Shown: positions 53,183 through 64,000 of the stretch, in pieces | Position numbering within the stretch: position 1 is the first letter of the stretch | Layout of the letters: each line of letters opens with the position of its first letter | Assembly (NCBI RefSeq): GCF_001194135.2 | Contig: NC_069001.1 | Coordinates: 19,285,411 to 19,349,410 of the forward strand | Source of the DNA: Octopus bimaculoides | Lineage: Eukaryota | Reading direction: 5' to 3' | DNA length: 64,000 bases | Program-made: the position numbers and the translations under genes | The notes under the pieces: generated by a model | Databases searched by the model: none | What the model saw: the letters and a program-made list of their open reading frames with translations, nothing else | What the model was told of the DNA's origin: nothing

Positions 53183-55061
53183 CTTTTGTATCTTTGTCTG
53201 TTCCCAATGCATTCTCAAATGGCTCACCCAAATCAAATCAAATTTTACATGGTAATACTATGAGACCCCAGGAATGTCAACATTTAATTCTTTTGGATTA
53301 ATTTACACTGTATGCAAAAATACAGACATACTATATATGGTACGTTATTAAACGCACACACACACACACACACACACATCTACACATATATACCTGATGA
53401 CTGATATGTGTGAAGTGCGGGCTGGCCAGTGTTAATATGAAATTTTATTTTCATTTCCTTTAAAACAATACACATTTACACTGCATACAAAAATACAGAC
53501 ATACTATGTACAGCATGTTACTAAACATACACACACACAAACATCTACAAATACATACCTGACAACTTGATTTTTTTTTTTTATTAACCACACAGGGTCA
53601 AAACAAAGGGGACAGCACAAGGACAGGCAAAACACAAAAGTGGGGGGAAAATAAAATCAAGTGTACAGAATGGTAATGATAAATGAAAAGGTGGAATGAT
53701 ATCTACTCAAACCCCACACTCCAATTAATGTCATTGAACATTTTTAGAAAAAAAAATTTTAACATGTGTTATTTTATTCTTGTCTCTTTCTCCTTGTTGT
53801 GTGTTGCTTGTGTTATATACTCACAGGACAACTGACATGCGTGAAGTGTGGGCTGGCCAGTGTCAATATGAAATTTTATTTTCATTTCCTTTAAAACAAT
53901 ACACATTTACTGTTCCATTACCAGTTAATAGTGATCACAGCAGTTGCAAGGTTACAAGGTAAAATATAAAATTCTTTGTCTCTCTGTAACAATTATTGTG
54001 GCATTTACCGTTAAATTAGCAGTTCCGTACATGTGTTTCTATTTTGTTCATTTACACTACATACAAAAATACAGACATACTATATACATACAACTGCTCA
54101 CAAAAATAAAGATTAATGTATATTTTTTCTATGTTCGTAATTTTTTGTTTACAATATTGAAAAAATATGCCACCAAAGAAAAGACGTAATCTCTCCAGAA
54201 ACATTTATAAAGCAAGGACGATTGCAGAAAACCAAAGACAAGAGTCTCAGAAAAGGGAGATAAGACTTTCTCAAGATCAGCAGAGGCATGCTGCAGCATG
54301 TCAAATGGAGTCTCAAGAGAGAAGGGAGATGAGACTTTCCCAAGATCAGCTAAGGCATGCTGCAAAACTTAATTATTAGAACAAAGTTTAGCACGCTAGA
54401 TTAGACAGAGTTCCAATACAATAGCTCTCAGAAATAGGCCACATGCAAATTCCTTCTTCACAACTCCAGGAGCTGCTTTCAGGTATGATCCATCCTATTC
54501 TTATTAAAATGATAACTCTGTACAAATTGGTGTGCTACATTCAAATTGTCATTTCTGCATAGCTTTCATATTTCCAAATGAAACAAATGGCATGTGCTGC
54601 TCAGGCGGTAAGATAAGATTGCTAGTACTACCAGCTCCTCCTCGACCTCTTTCAGCAGTTCACTTCTTTATCACCTTCTCCCATTGCAGCCCATTTCTAG
54701 AATGTACCCATTTACATACAATATCTCCATTACACCTCCAATCATTTGACTGTCAACCATACGATGGGTCATGTTAGACGCAGTACTGACCGCCTCAAAG
54801 ACGAGTATATCCACCAACAGCTTTTCAATGGGTTCAAAAATTATATACTCCCCCCACCCAATTTTCCAAGATAGGTTAGGGCATAGAATCCTCCAAACAG
54901 ACGTATTACATGTCAATTAGTCGAATTAGACCATCATTTCCTCCACAAATGTTTTGTCGTCAATGGTGCACTTTCCTGTATCACCTGTTTTAACATAACT
55001 GTAATATATATATACAAACTATACTATCTTAATCCCAAGCAACACCAGGTATCTCTGCCAG
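53139..55061 (+). mobile_element. Non-autonomous Helitron with the RepHel N-terminus
   Basis: (TA)n-AAAATC 5' end; 3' end CCCAAGCAACACCAGG..CTGCCAG|T (decayed hairpin + CTRR); A|T target; MPPKKRRNL.. and the zinc finger CHFC..ETNGMCCSGGKIRL. Confidence 0.85.
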
Positions 55062-55148
55062 TATGGTAATAAAAGACTCACAGTAATAATTGCATGCATA
55101 TATATACACACACACACACACTCATATATATACACACACACACACACA

Positions 55149-55180
<32 letters not shown>

Positions 55181-55243
55181 TATANNNNNNNNNNNNNNNN
55201 NNNNNNNNNNNNNNNNNNNNNNNNNNNNNNNNNNNNNNNNNNN

Positions 55244-55319
<76 letters not shown>

Positions 55320-55424
55320 ATGCATGTATACAAACACATGCACATACATAGATATACATAGATATACATGCACATACACAGATATACATATACATGCACA
55401 AAAGTACATACATAAGGCATTATA

Positions 55425-57440
55425 ACCTTCAATTCAATAGTATTTCTTTATATTTTAGAGTGATTTAATTAAATACATTAGCTTAAAATGATATCTACTT
55501 AAAGCATATATATTTATCTACCATATAATCAGCACGATGAATATATACTATTTGTTTACATTCTCGATAGATAGAGATCTTGTACGTTATGTCATCACGA
55601 GTGTAGTTTATAGAAAGAATTTCAGGATATTATCAATACATTGATATTATTTAAATAATAAGTATTGTTAATTATAATTTAAAATTAATACTAACGCAAG
55701 ATAATAGGCCGAAAATATTACGTATTGTAAGATAAAAGTTCTAAATATTCAGTTAAGTATAAATATAAAAGACTGTTGTATTAGTTATAGATAGGAATTT
55801 GTTACATTATGTCATCTCAATTAGTGTTAATAGAAATAGTTAGGAAATATATTCAATGCGTAGTGATTAAGTTAATTTCAGTAAATTAATTAATAATTAT
55901 TAATAATTAGTGTTTAGGATATTGTGAGAATTTTAGTTGTTAATTTAAGGTAATAAAGTCGAATGTATTATATATCATAAGTAGTGTAATTAATAACAGT
56001 TAACCCAAATAGTGTTTATAGAGATAGTTACAAAACATTTTCAATAACGCTAGTCTGTTATATCAATAGGTAATATGTCTCCTAAATGTCAGAGGATATA
56101 TGAATATTATATGATATAGTTTAATATTACTCTATATTATGAGTATAAAGTTTAATTATACTTAGAGAAAACATATTTCACTGAATGAAGACATGATACA
56201 TTTTTTTTTTTTAAGTAAATTTTTTCTAGATGTAAGGATTTTTATAAGCTTCTTCAAGTACACAACTCACATCTTTTGTTGGAGATTTTATATGACTTCA
56301 CAAAACTAATAATCTTTTATTTAATATTAAATCTGATGTAATTATCCTTTAATTCCCATATGAACTTACTTAACCTGGTAGAATTCATTTTTTGTCTATT
56401 TTTAAAACTCTGAAAATGGTTAGCCACCCTAATCTTAATTCTGTTTTCTGTTGATCCTATATAATAGAATTTCTTTCTTTGGGATTCAACTATACATTGG
56501 TAGACTAAGTTATCTTTCTTATATAGAATTTTAAATTTACAATTAATTTTAGCTTTACAGCTGCAAGTTTCATTTACATCTTTATGTATAGATTTATTCA
56601 AAGTATTATTAGGAAGGGAGTTAATATGAGTTATTTCTCGTTTATCATTAAGGTATTTATGGCCATTAACATTATCATTTAGGCTGGGGAGATTAAGTTG
56701 GTGTTGAGGTTAATTATTGTATTGGATATTTCTATTACTGTAGAAATTATCTATTTATTTGCTATTAATAGTTGATATAATCATGAACAGGTTACAAGTT
56801 AAACTAAAAACAACTTTGACATATTTATAATTAATAATTTCACAAAATTTATTATTGTTGTTAAAATGCTTAAAAACTGACTTGTATAAAGATTTGATTA
56901 AATTATTTTTAATTTGCATAGCATATGGAATGATAAACCAAATCATTTTCAATTCTTTAGAATTATTTTTAGAGAGTTTATAATCTATTTTAGATTTAGT
57001 AAAATTTATGGAAGGGGTATATGGTTTATTTTGTTTATTACAAATATTGCATGGATCATCAATGGTATGGGTATTCAAGGGAATTATCAGTTTATTATTA
57101 TCATCCAATTTATTTACATGTTTTTTCACTATAAGAATAATTATAATTATTTATCAGTTACTTATTATTTATATTAGGTTTATAACATGATTTAATATTT
57201 TATTTTTCTATATTGTGTTTAATATTTAGAGGCTGATGTTTATTTATTTTGAGTTTATTATTATTACCACTTACCAGTTTATTATTAGATGATTTATTAA
57301 TTCTATGTTTCTTTTTACTTATAGTTTTAGCCTTGATTGAATTAGCATTCTTTTCAGTTTTAGTTCTTGTCTTATAATTGATTCTATCATATATAACTGT
57401 ATCATTTAGTGGATGGTATTTTATCTTGTAAATATGTGTA
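55425..57440 (-). mobile_element. Penelope 3' segment (thumb/linker + GIY-YIG + 3' region), no RT core
   Basis: IWFIIPYAMQIKNNL; CSC..NC..LVYQCIVE..YIGSTENRIKIRVANH..STRLSKFIWELKD; CELC. Confidence 0.88.
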
Positions 57441-57840
57441 TGATTATATGCCTTATGTACATACTCATGTGCATGTATATGAGTATCTGTGCATTCATGT
57501 ATGCACGTGTATGTATACATGCATATGTATATATGTATATATGTATATGTGTATGTGTGTGTGTGTGTATGTGTGTGTGCACACATATACATGTGAATGT
57601 TACTGTGAGTCTTTTATTACCATATAATTCCACACACACACATATATTGAGAAACTGTTATGATTAAATATTTTCTTGAAATGCTTAACTGCATGTAAAC
57701 TAATTTAAATTTCTCCAGTCAATTTGCACTGATTAATATATAGAGTTTGTATGCTAATTTTTTGTCTTACATATATAAGTGTGTATGTACATTTTTATGT
57801 ATTTTTTATATATGTATATCTGTATGCACATATTTATCTA
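57440..57840. repeat. Inner part of the right arm of the long inverted repeat
   Basis: Reverse complement of 52927-53138 plus 55062-55425. Confidence 0.85.
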
Positions 57841-59119
57841 TCAGGTTGAGTGAAAATTAAGCAATGTTTTGAACCATGAAGAATTTCTACCAGATTTTTG
57901 AAGAGTTTTGAATTTTTTTTTAAACATTTTTTTTTTTTTGCAATTGTCTGATAATATAGACATAGACTTTCCCAAATGCATCAATAAATTAACATTGATT
58001 TTTTTTTTTTCACCATTGTTACAATCATCTGAAATGGAACTGTCAGAGTGTGATATTTGAGCAACTTTGCTCTTCAACTTCAAAAAAGGATGTAAAGCAG
58101 CTGAAACTGCTTGCGATATCAACAAAACATTTGGTGAAGAAATGACCAGTGAGTGGTCAGCTCGAAAATGGTTTAAATGATTTCACAGTAGAGACCTGAG
58201 CCTTGAAGATCATGAGCATAGTGGGCGGCCATCTGTCATCGATGATGGTCAATTAAAGACCGCCATTGAGAAAGATCCATGTAAAACCAATCAAGAACTG
58301 GCAAAAGAACTTCTGCCTGCAACCATTTGCATGTGATCAGAAAACCAAAAAAGCTTGACAAATAGGTACCACATGATTTGAATGAAAATCAGAAAATGCA
58401 GATATGAAATTTGCTCGTCACTTCTTCTCCATAACCAGACTGATCCATTTCTCAGCCATGTTGTAACTTGTAATGAAACGTTACAACAATAATAAAAAAT
58501 AATACAATAATAAAAAATGCTCTTTGTGGTGGCTGGACCAAAATGAAGCATCAAAAACCTTCCCTAAATCCAAGTTCTTCAAAAGAAGGTTATGGTAACT
58601 GTTTGGTGGTGAACTGCTGGACTCATCCACTATAACTTCTTAAAACCCAGAAAAACCATTACTGCAGAAACATATTGACATGAAATTACCAGAATGAATG
58701 AAAAAGTGCTACTCCTCTATCCCACACTGGTCAACAGAAGAGGGCCAATCATTCTTCATGACAATGCTCAACCACATGTTTTACTAATGACACTCCAGAA
58801 GTTGAGGGAATTTGGCTACGGAGTTCTTCCCTACCCAGCTTATTCCCCAGACCTTTCTCTTACCAACTACCACTTTTTCAAGCACTTTGATAATTTCCTT
58901 TGAGAGGAGTTCAAAAATCAAACCAATGCTGAAAGTGCGTCCAAAGAGTTCATCAGCTCCAGATTTTTATGTTACCAAAATAAACAAACTTGTAACTCAT
59001 TAGCAAAAATGTGTTGATTGTAATGGTACTTACTTTGATGAATAAAATTTCCTCATTGTTGAAATATATTGTGATGAATTCCATATTTCAAAATATCGTT
59101 TACTTTTTACTCAGCCTAA
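57841..59119 (+). mobile_element. Near-full-length mariner (Mos1/Hsmar1-like) with TIRs and TA TSD
   Basis: TA|TCAGGTTGAGTGAAAATTAAG ... TACTTTTTACTCAGCCTAA|TA; LHDNAQPH, YSPDLSLTNYHFF. Confidence 0.93.
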
Positions 59120-59559
59120 TATATATGTATATTCTATTCTATCCTACTTTATTTTTGTTCTACTTTTATTTTTTATTTTTATTTTATTTCATATTCTTAT
59201 ATCTTTTATCTTTATTTTTATTGTATTTTACTTTTTATTTTATTCTAGCTTATTATTTTACTTTATTTTTTATTATATTCAAATTAATCTGTTAACCCTC
59301 ATGCACACACAAAAACAAAAATAAAATAACTCCATATATTTAGTCTACTGATATGAACTAAGAGGTTACCATGTAATCTGAGCACATGAGAGACACACAC
59401 ATACATATAAAATATATAAATACATATAAATTTATTAATAAGGGTAGAAATTGATATTAATCAATTAAAACCAGTGGTCTAGCATATTAAAAAAATCCGG
59501 AAATTAAAATTATATTACATACAAAAATAAGAGGAATGGCCAGCAAAAGTGGATTCCTA

Positions 59560-60450
59560 TATGCTAGAAATAGATGCCGATAAAAATCTATATATAGAAA
59601 TCCGTCATGGTTTTCAACCAGGCAGAAGCTGCCTGACACAGCTTTTACAGCACTATGACTGAGTATTAAAGCAGCTCCTCAACAACTCAAATGTGGGCAT
59701 GATATATCTTGTCTTTGCAAAATCCTTTGATAAAGTCAACCATGGTATATGTTACAAACAGCATAGTATCAGCATAGTTGAAAAACTTCAAGAGAGGCTA
59801 CATGACTTTCTAAAAGATAGAAATCAGGTAGCAGTAGCCAATGGGGCTATCTCCAAGGAGATGCAAATAATCAGTGGTATCCCACAGGACACTGTCTTGG
59901 GAGCAATGCTATTCATAGTGGCCCTCTCAGATGATCTCAGCTGCTCAGAAAGCCACCCTTGCTAGCTATAGAAACAATACAAAAGTCTCTCAGAGGATAC
60001 AGAACCCCGAAGATCTTGTGCACCTGCAACAGGATTGGGACACAATATACAGGTAGGTTGAGAACAATAACATGCAGTTCAATGCTGGAAAATTCCAAGC
60101 CCTGCACTACCAACACACGAAGCTGAATGAAATACACAAAGGATATACTGCCCCAGGAGGGATTGCCATCCCTGAATCAAAATCAGTGCATGACCTGGGC
60201 ATTGACATGAGCAATGATGCATCTTTCCAGGTGCATATTACTGAGTTGGCAATAAAATGCAAGCAGCTGGAAGGATGGATCCTTAGAACTTTCAGAACAA
60301 GAGAACAGGAAACCATGATGGTTCCCTGAAGGATATTTGTCCTCAGCTGTTTAGACTACTGCACCCAACTATGGCCACCACAGAGTGTAAAATTAACAGT
60401 GGATCTGAAAGTAAGCCAGTGAAGCTACACAAAGATTATCTCAATGCGAC
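59560..60450 (+). mobile_element. CR1/Jockey-group LINE RT fragment
   Basis: HGFQPGRSCLTQLL, FAKSFDKVNHG, SGIPQDTVLG, MQFNAGKF. Confidence 0.88.
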
Positions 60451-60656
60451 ATGTCAGCAACTGGGAAAGACTGAAAAGGCTGAGACTCTACTCCCTAGAA
60501 TGAAGGTAGGAAAGATATGCAGTAATATACATATGCAGGTTTCAAGTAGTGAAAGTGTAACAAAGATAACAGTAGTACCCCAGCATGGCTACAGTTCTCG
60601 AGCTAAAACTAATAAAGGAAAAAAAATACACACACACATCTACATGCATATATATA

Positions 60657-61928
60657 TGAGGGTCAACTGAAAAGTTCATAGGCTGACCAAGATATTCTTA
60701 TGGACCAAATGAGGTTTATTTTTCAACATAGTCCCCCTTGCAATCCATACACTTCTTCCATCAGTATTACAGTGCTTGGATCCCACTGGTGAAGAAGCTT
60801 TCATCTTGTTGCTCAAAAAAGTCATCAATAACAGAAAGGATGTCATCATCACAGCAACAATGGGTCCCAACCAAGTGTTTATTCATGTTGAGGAACAGAT
60901 GATAGTTGGATCCAAATCAGGAGAATAGGGTGATTGATCAATCAGTTCAAAGCCACAGTCACACACAACAGCCATTGGAACCAAGGAGTTGTATGCTGGA
61001 ACATTTTCCTGATGAAACAAGACTCCTTTTGTCAATATTCCTGGGTGTTTGGTCGTGATAGGCTTTCATAACTGCCTCAGTAAGTTGGCAAAGTACTCTC
61101 CATTGATAATGTGGCCCTTTTGAAGATAGTCAATAAACACAATGCCTTTTACATTCCAAAAAACTGACACCATCACCTTCCCTGCAGAAGAATCGATCTT
61201 GGCCTTCTTTGGAGCAGGTGAGGAGGGGTGTTTCCAATGCATGGATTGTCTCTTTGTCTCTGTCTCACTCAAAGTGATGAACCCAACACTCATCCTGTGC
61301 CAGGAAACATTCAAAGAAACCAAATGGATCTGCCTCAAATAATGTCAGATTTTCCCGTGATGTAGTCAGCCTGATGAGTTTTTGATTAGGTGAGGCACAT
61401 GACACCACCCATCAAGCAGAAACCTTCATCATGCCAAGTTCATTGTGCAGAATATTCTCAACTTTCTCACAGGATATGCTAATAGCATTGGCTATTTGAT
61501 TTATAGTCAATCGCCTGTCATTCATCACCATGTAATGAACACGCTCAATGTTTTTCTCAGCGGTGGCAGTTGCAGGATGTCTAGACCTTGAATCATCTTC
61601 AAAACTCTCCCTTTCCCTCCTAAATTCAGCTGCCCACTTTTGCACTGTTGGTAAAGCTGGAGCATTATCCCCAAGTGTAGCAACCATGTCAGCATGAATG
61701 TCTTTGGAGGCTAAACCCTTTTTCTGCAGGTACTTGATAACACTGTGATGCCAAATTTTGTCCATTTTCAAGAGAAGTCACTACTAGTTACTTCTGAAAT
61801 CTTCTTTGAACAGTCAGATGTGAGTTTACCTGGAAAGAAACAATGCAGTTATTAATAAGTACATTTGAAATTAACGCATGCAAGATTTCACATCTCTAGC
61901 ATCCCACCTTCATAGTCAGCCTATGAAC
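60657..61928 (-). mobile_element. Near-full-length mariner pseudogene
   Basis: HTH (WAAEFRR..EDDSRS), SETET..HWKHPSSPAPKKAK..AGKVMVSVFW; TIR core GTCAGCCTATGAAC at both ends. Confidence 0.92.
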
Positions 61929-61963
61929 ATTGAGCCCACCCACACACATAAACAAAACATACA

Positions 61964-62001
<38 letters not shown>

Positions 62002-62370
62002 TATACTTATGCATACATATAAATAAATGCAGAGAAACACATATTCTCTCATATATAAACACACACAGACATATATCCACTAATTCATACATGCATAAAA
62101 ATGTGTAAAAGTCCATACACTTATACATAAACACATATGTATGGACTTATTTTTATAAATATTTATAGATGTATGAGTTAGTGTATATGTCTGTTGTGTG
62201 CATGTGTGTGAATTTATTTGTGTTTATATTTATATGTATAAACATATACGCATCTATGTGAACGCATGTTTTATATACCTATACATATGTTTGTAAGTAT
62301 TTGTATATGCATTTACATATTTTATATGCATGTGTATATATCGTGTACTCAAGTTTATGTGTGCATATAT

Positions 62371-62445
62371 ATCATCATCATCATCGTTTAACGTCCGCTT
62401 TCCATGCTAGCATGGGTTGGACGATTTGACTGAGGACTGGTGAAA
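62371..62445 (-). mobile_element. 75-bp RTE 3'-end stub
   Basis: Near-identical to the 3' ends at 44156 and 6864. Confidence 0.85.
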
Positions 62446-62722
62446 TATATATATATATATATATGCTAGCAGCTAAGCCTGGTTTCACCCGGTCAGAGAA
62501 CGACGCGAAGAGAGAAACGAAGACATAAAAAAGAGGAAGAAGTGGATACGAAGTGGTGTTTGAGCGACAGATCTTGATAGAAAAAAAAAGAATGTCATGG
62601 TGAGTTAGTAAGGAGAGCAAAGCAAGACTGGACTTATGTGGGCTGGTAGGACGATGAAAAAATTGCGGAGTTGAAATTGAAGCAGTTGAAGTTGCCGTTG
62701 TTATCATTGGAGTGCCTCTTTG

Positions 62723-63617
62723 NNNNNNNNNNNNNNNNNNNNNNNNNNNNNNNNNNNNNNNNNNNNNNNNNNNNNNNNNNNNNNNNNNNNNNNNNNNNNN
62801 NNNNNNNNNNNNNNNNNNNNNNNNNNNNNNNNNNNNNNNNNNNNNNNNNNNNNNNNNNNNNNNNNNNNNNNNNNNNNNNNNNNNNNNNNNNNNNNNNNNN
62901 NNNNNNNNNNNNNNNNNNNNNNNNNNNNNNNNNNNNNNNNNNNNNNNNNNNNNNNNNNNNNNNNNNNNNNNNNNNNNNNNNNNNNNNNNNNNNNNNNNNN
63001 NNNNNNNNNNNNNNNNNNNNNNNNNNNNNNNNNNNNNNNNNNNNNNNNNNNNNNNNNNNNNNNNNNNNNNNNNNNNNNNNNNNNNNNNNNNNNNNNNNNN
63101 NNNNNNNNNNNNNNNNNNNNNNNNNNNNNNNNNNNNNNNNNNNNNNNNNNNNNNNNNNNNNNNNNNNNNNNNNNNNNNNNNNNNNNNNNNNNNNNNNNNN
63201 NNNNNNNNNNNNNNNNNNNNNNNNNNNNNNNNNNNNNNNNNNNNNNNNNNNNNNNNNNNNNNNNNNNNNNNNNNNNNNNNNNNNNNNNNNNNNNNNNNNN
63301 NNNNNNNNNNNNNNNNNNNNNNNNNNNNNNNNNNNNNNNNNNNNNNNNNNNNNNNNNNNNNNNNNNNNNNNNNNNNNNNNNNNNNNNNNNNNNNNNNNNN
63401 NNNNNNNNNNNNNNNNNNNNNNNNNNNNNNNNNNNNNNNNNNNNNNNNNNNNNNNNNNNNNNNNNNNNNNNNNNNNNNNNNNNNNNNNNNNNNNNNNNNN
63501 NNNNNNNNNNNNNNNNNNNNNNNNNNNNNNNNNNNNNNNNNNNNNNNNNNNNNNNNNNNNNNNNNNNNNNNNNNNNNNNNNNNNNNNNNNNNNNNNNNNN
63601 NNNNNNNNNNNNNNNNN
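62723..63617. other. Largest assembly gap (others ~7091-7315, 30071-30294, 33520-33700, 37503-37942, 39031-39158, 45334-46136, 48135-48491, 55186-55243)
   Basis: Runs of N; the long X-containing ORFs are artefacts of these. Confidence 1.
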
Positions 63618-63618
63618 G

Positions 63619-63726
63619 TATGCAAGAAGTTAAAATTTTTTTTTTGACTAAAACACAACCGGGACCCTAAGTAAGGCATGTGTAAAGTTTGAATGAAATT
63701 GGTTGTGTAGTTCTGGAGTTTTAGGG

Positions 63727-63775
<49 letters not shown>

Positions 63776-63800
63776 TTCTCAATTTTATATATAGATAGAT
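63619..63800 (-). mobile_element. Non-autonomous Helitron-type 5' end
   Basis: Minus strand TCTATCTATATATAAAATTGAGAATG-(TG)n-..ACCAATTTCATTCAAACTTTAC. Confidence 0.55.
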
Positions 63801-64000
63801 ATCCAGCAAAGCAGCTAGTTCTAAAATTTCTATACGAGATGCAAGTAGTAACTCTACTGAAAAGTAATGGTTGTTACTATCTCAACAAGGTTATTCTATA
63901 CAGAACACTGTTTCTACTCTTTTTAACTCCAGGAAGGCATCTCCTCCAGCTGGTTAATGACACAGTATCTGTGTCTGTTAAAGTGCAAACAAGGGAGCAA

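Noticed and set aside
49401-59377. TSD around the large inverted-repeat structure
   Set aside because: The flanks (CTTCAAAAG / CTGAGCAC) share no duplication, so mobility of the whole unit is not demonstrated
62381-63772. Long ORFs of 300-460 aa (also at 45107-46417, 37282-38023, 48017-48556)
   Set aside because: They are open only because they run through N gaps

Overview
AT-rich eukaryotic genomic DNA with nine N-gaps, made almost entirely of decayed, nested transposable elements and microsatellites. I found no host protein-coding exon, rRNA, true tRNA or CRISPR array. The repeat spectrum resembles an octopus/cephalopod-type genome; this is an inference from the repeat families only. Elements present: many RTE LINE copies, RTE-X, L1/Tx1, R4/Dong, CR1-type and two Penelope (GIY-YIG) retroelements, two Ty3/Gypsy relics, several Tc1/mariner copies, a 3.3-kb hAT with TIRs and 8-bp TSD, Helitrons, MITEs and tRNA-derived SINEs. 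Most notable: (1) a 352-bp, terminally redundant, non-coding unit carrying a minimal type-I hammerhead ribozyme with a long stem I (retrozyme/Penelope-pLTR-like; 33729-34115). (2) A cryptic inverted repeat of about 0.8 kb per arm enclosing a Penelope GIY-YIG segment, visible only after removing later hAT, Helitron and mariner insertions (49401-59377). (3) A 99%-identical 333-bp inverted templated insertion (11576-11908 vs 12778-13110). All alignments were done by eye, so boundaries are approximate unless a motif is quoted.
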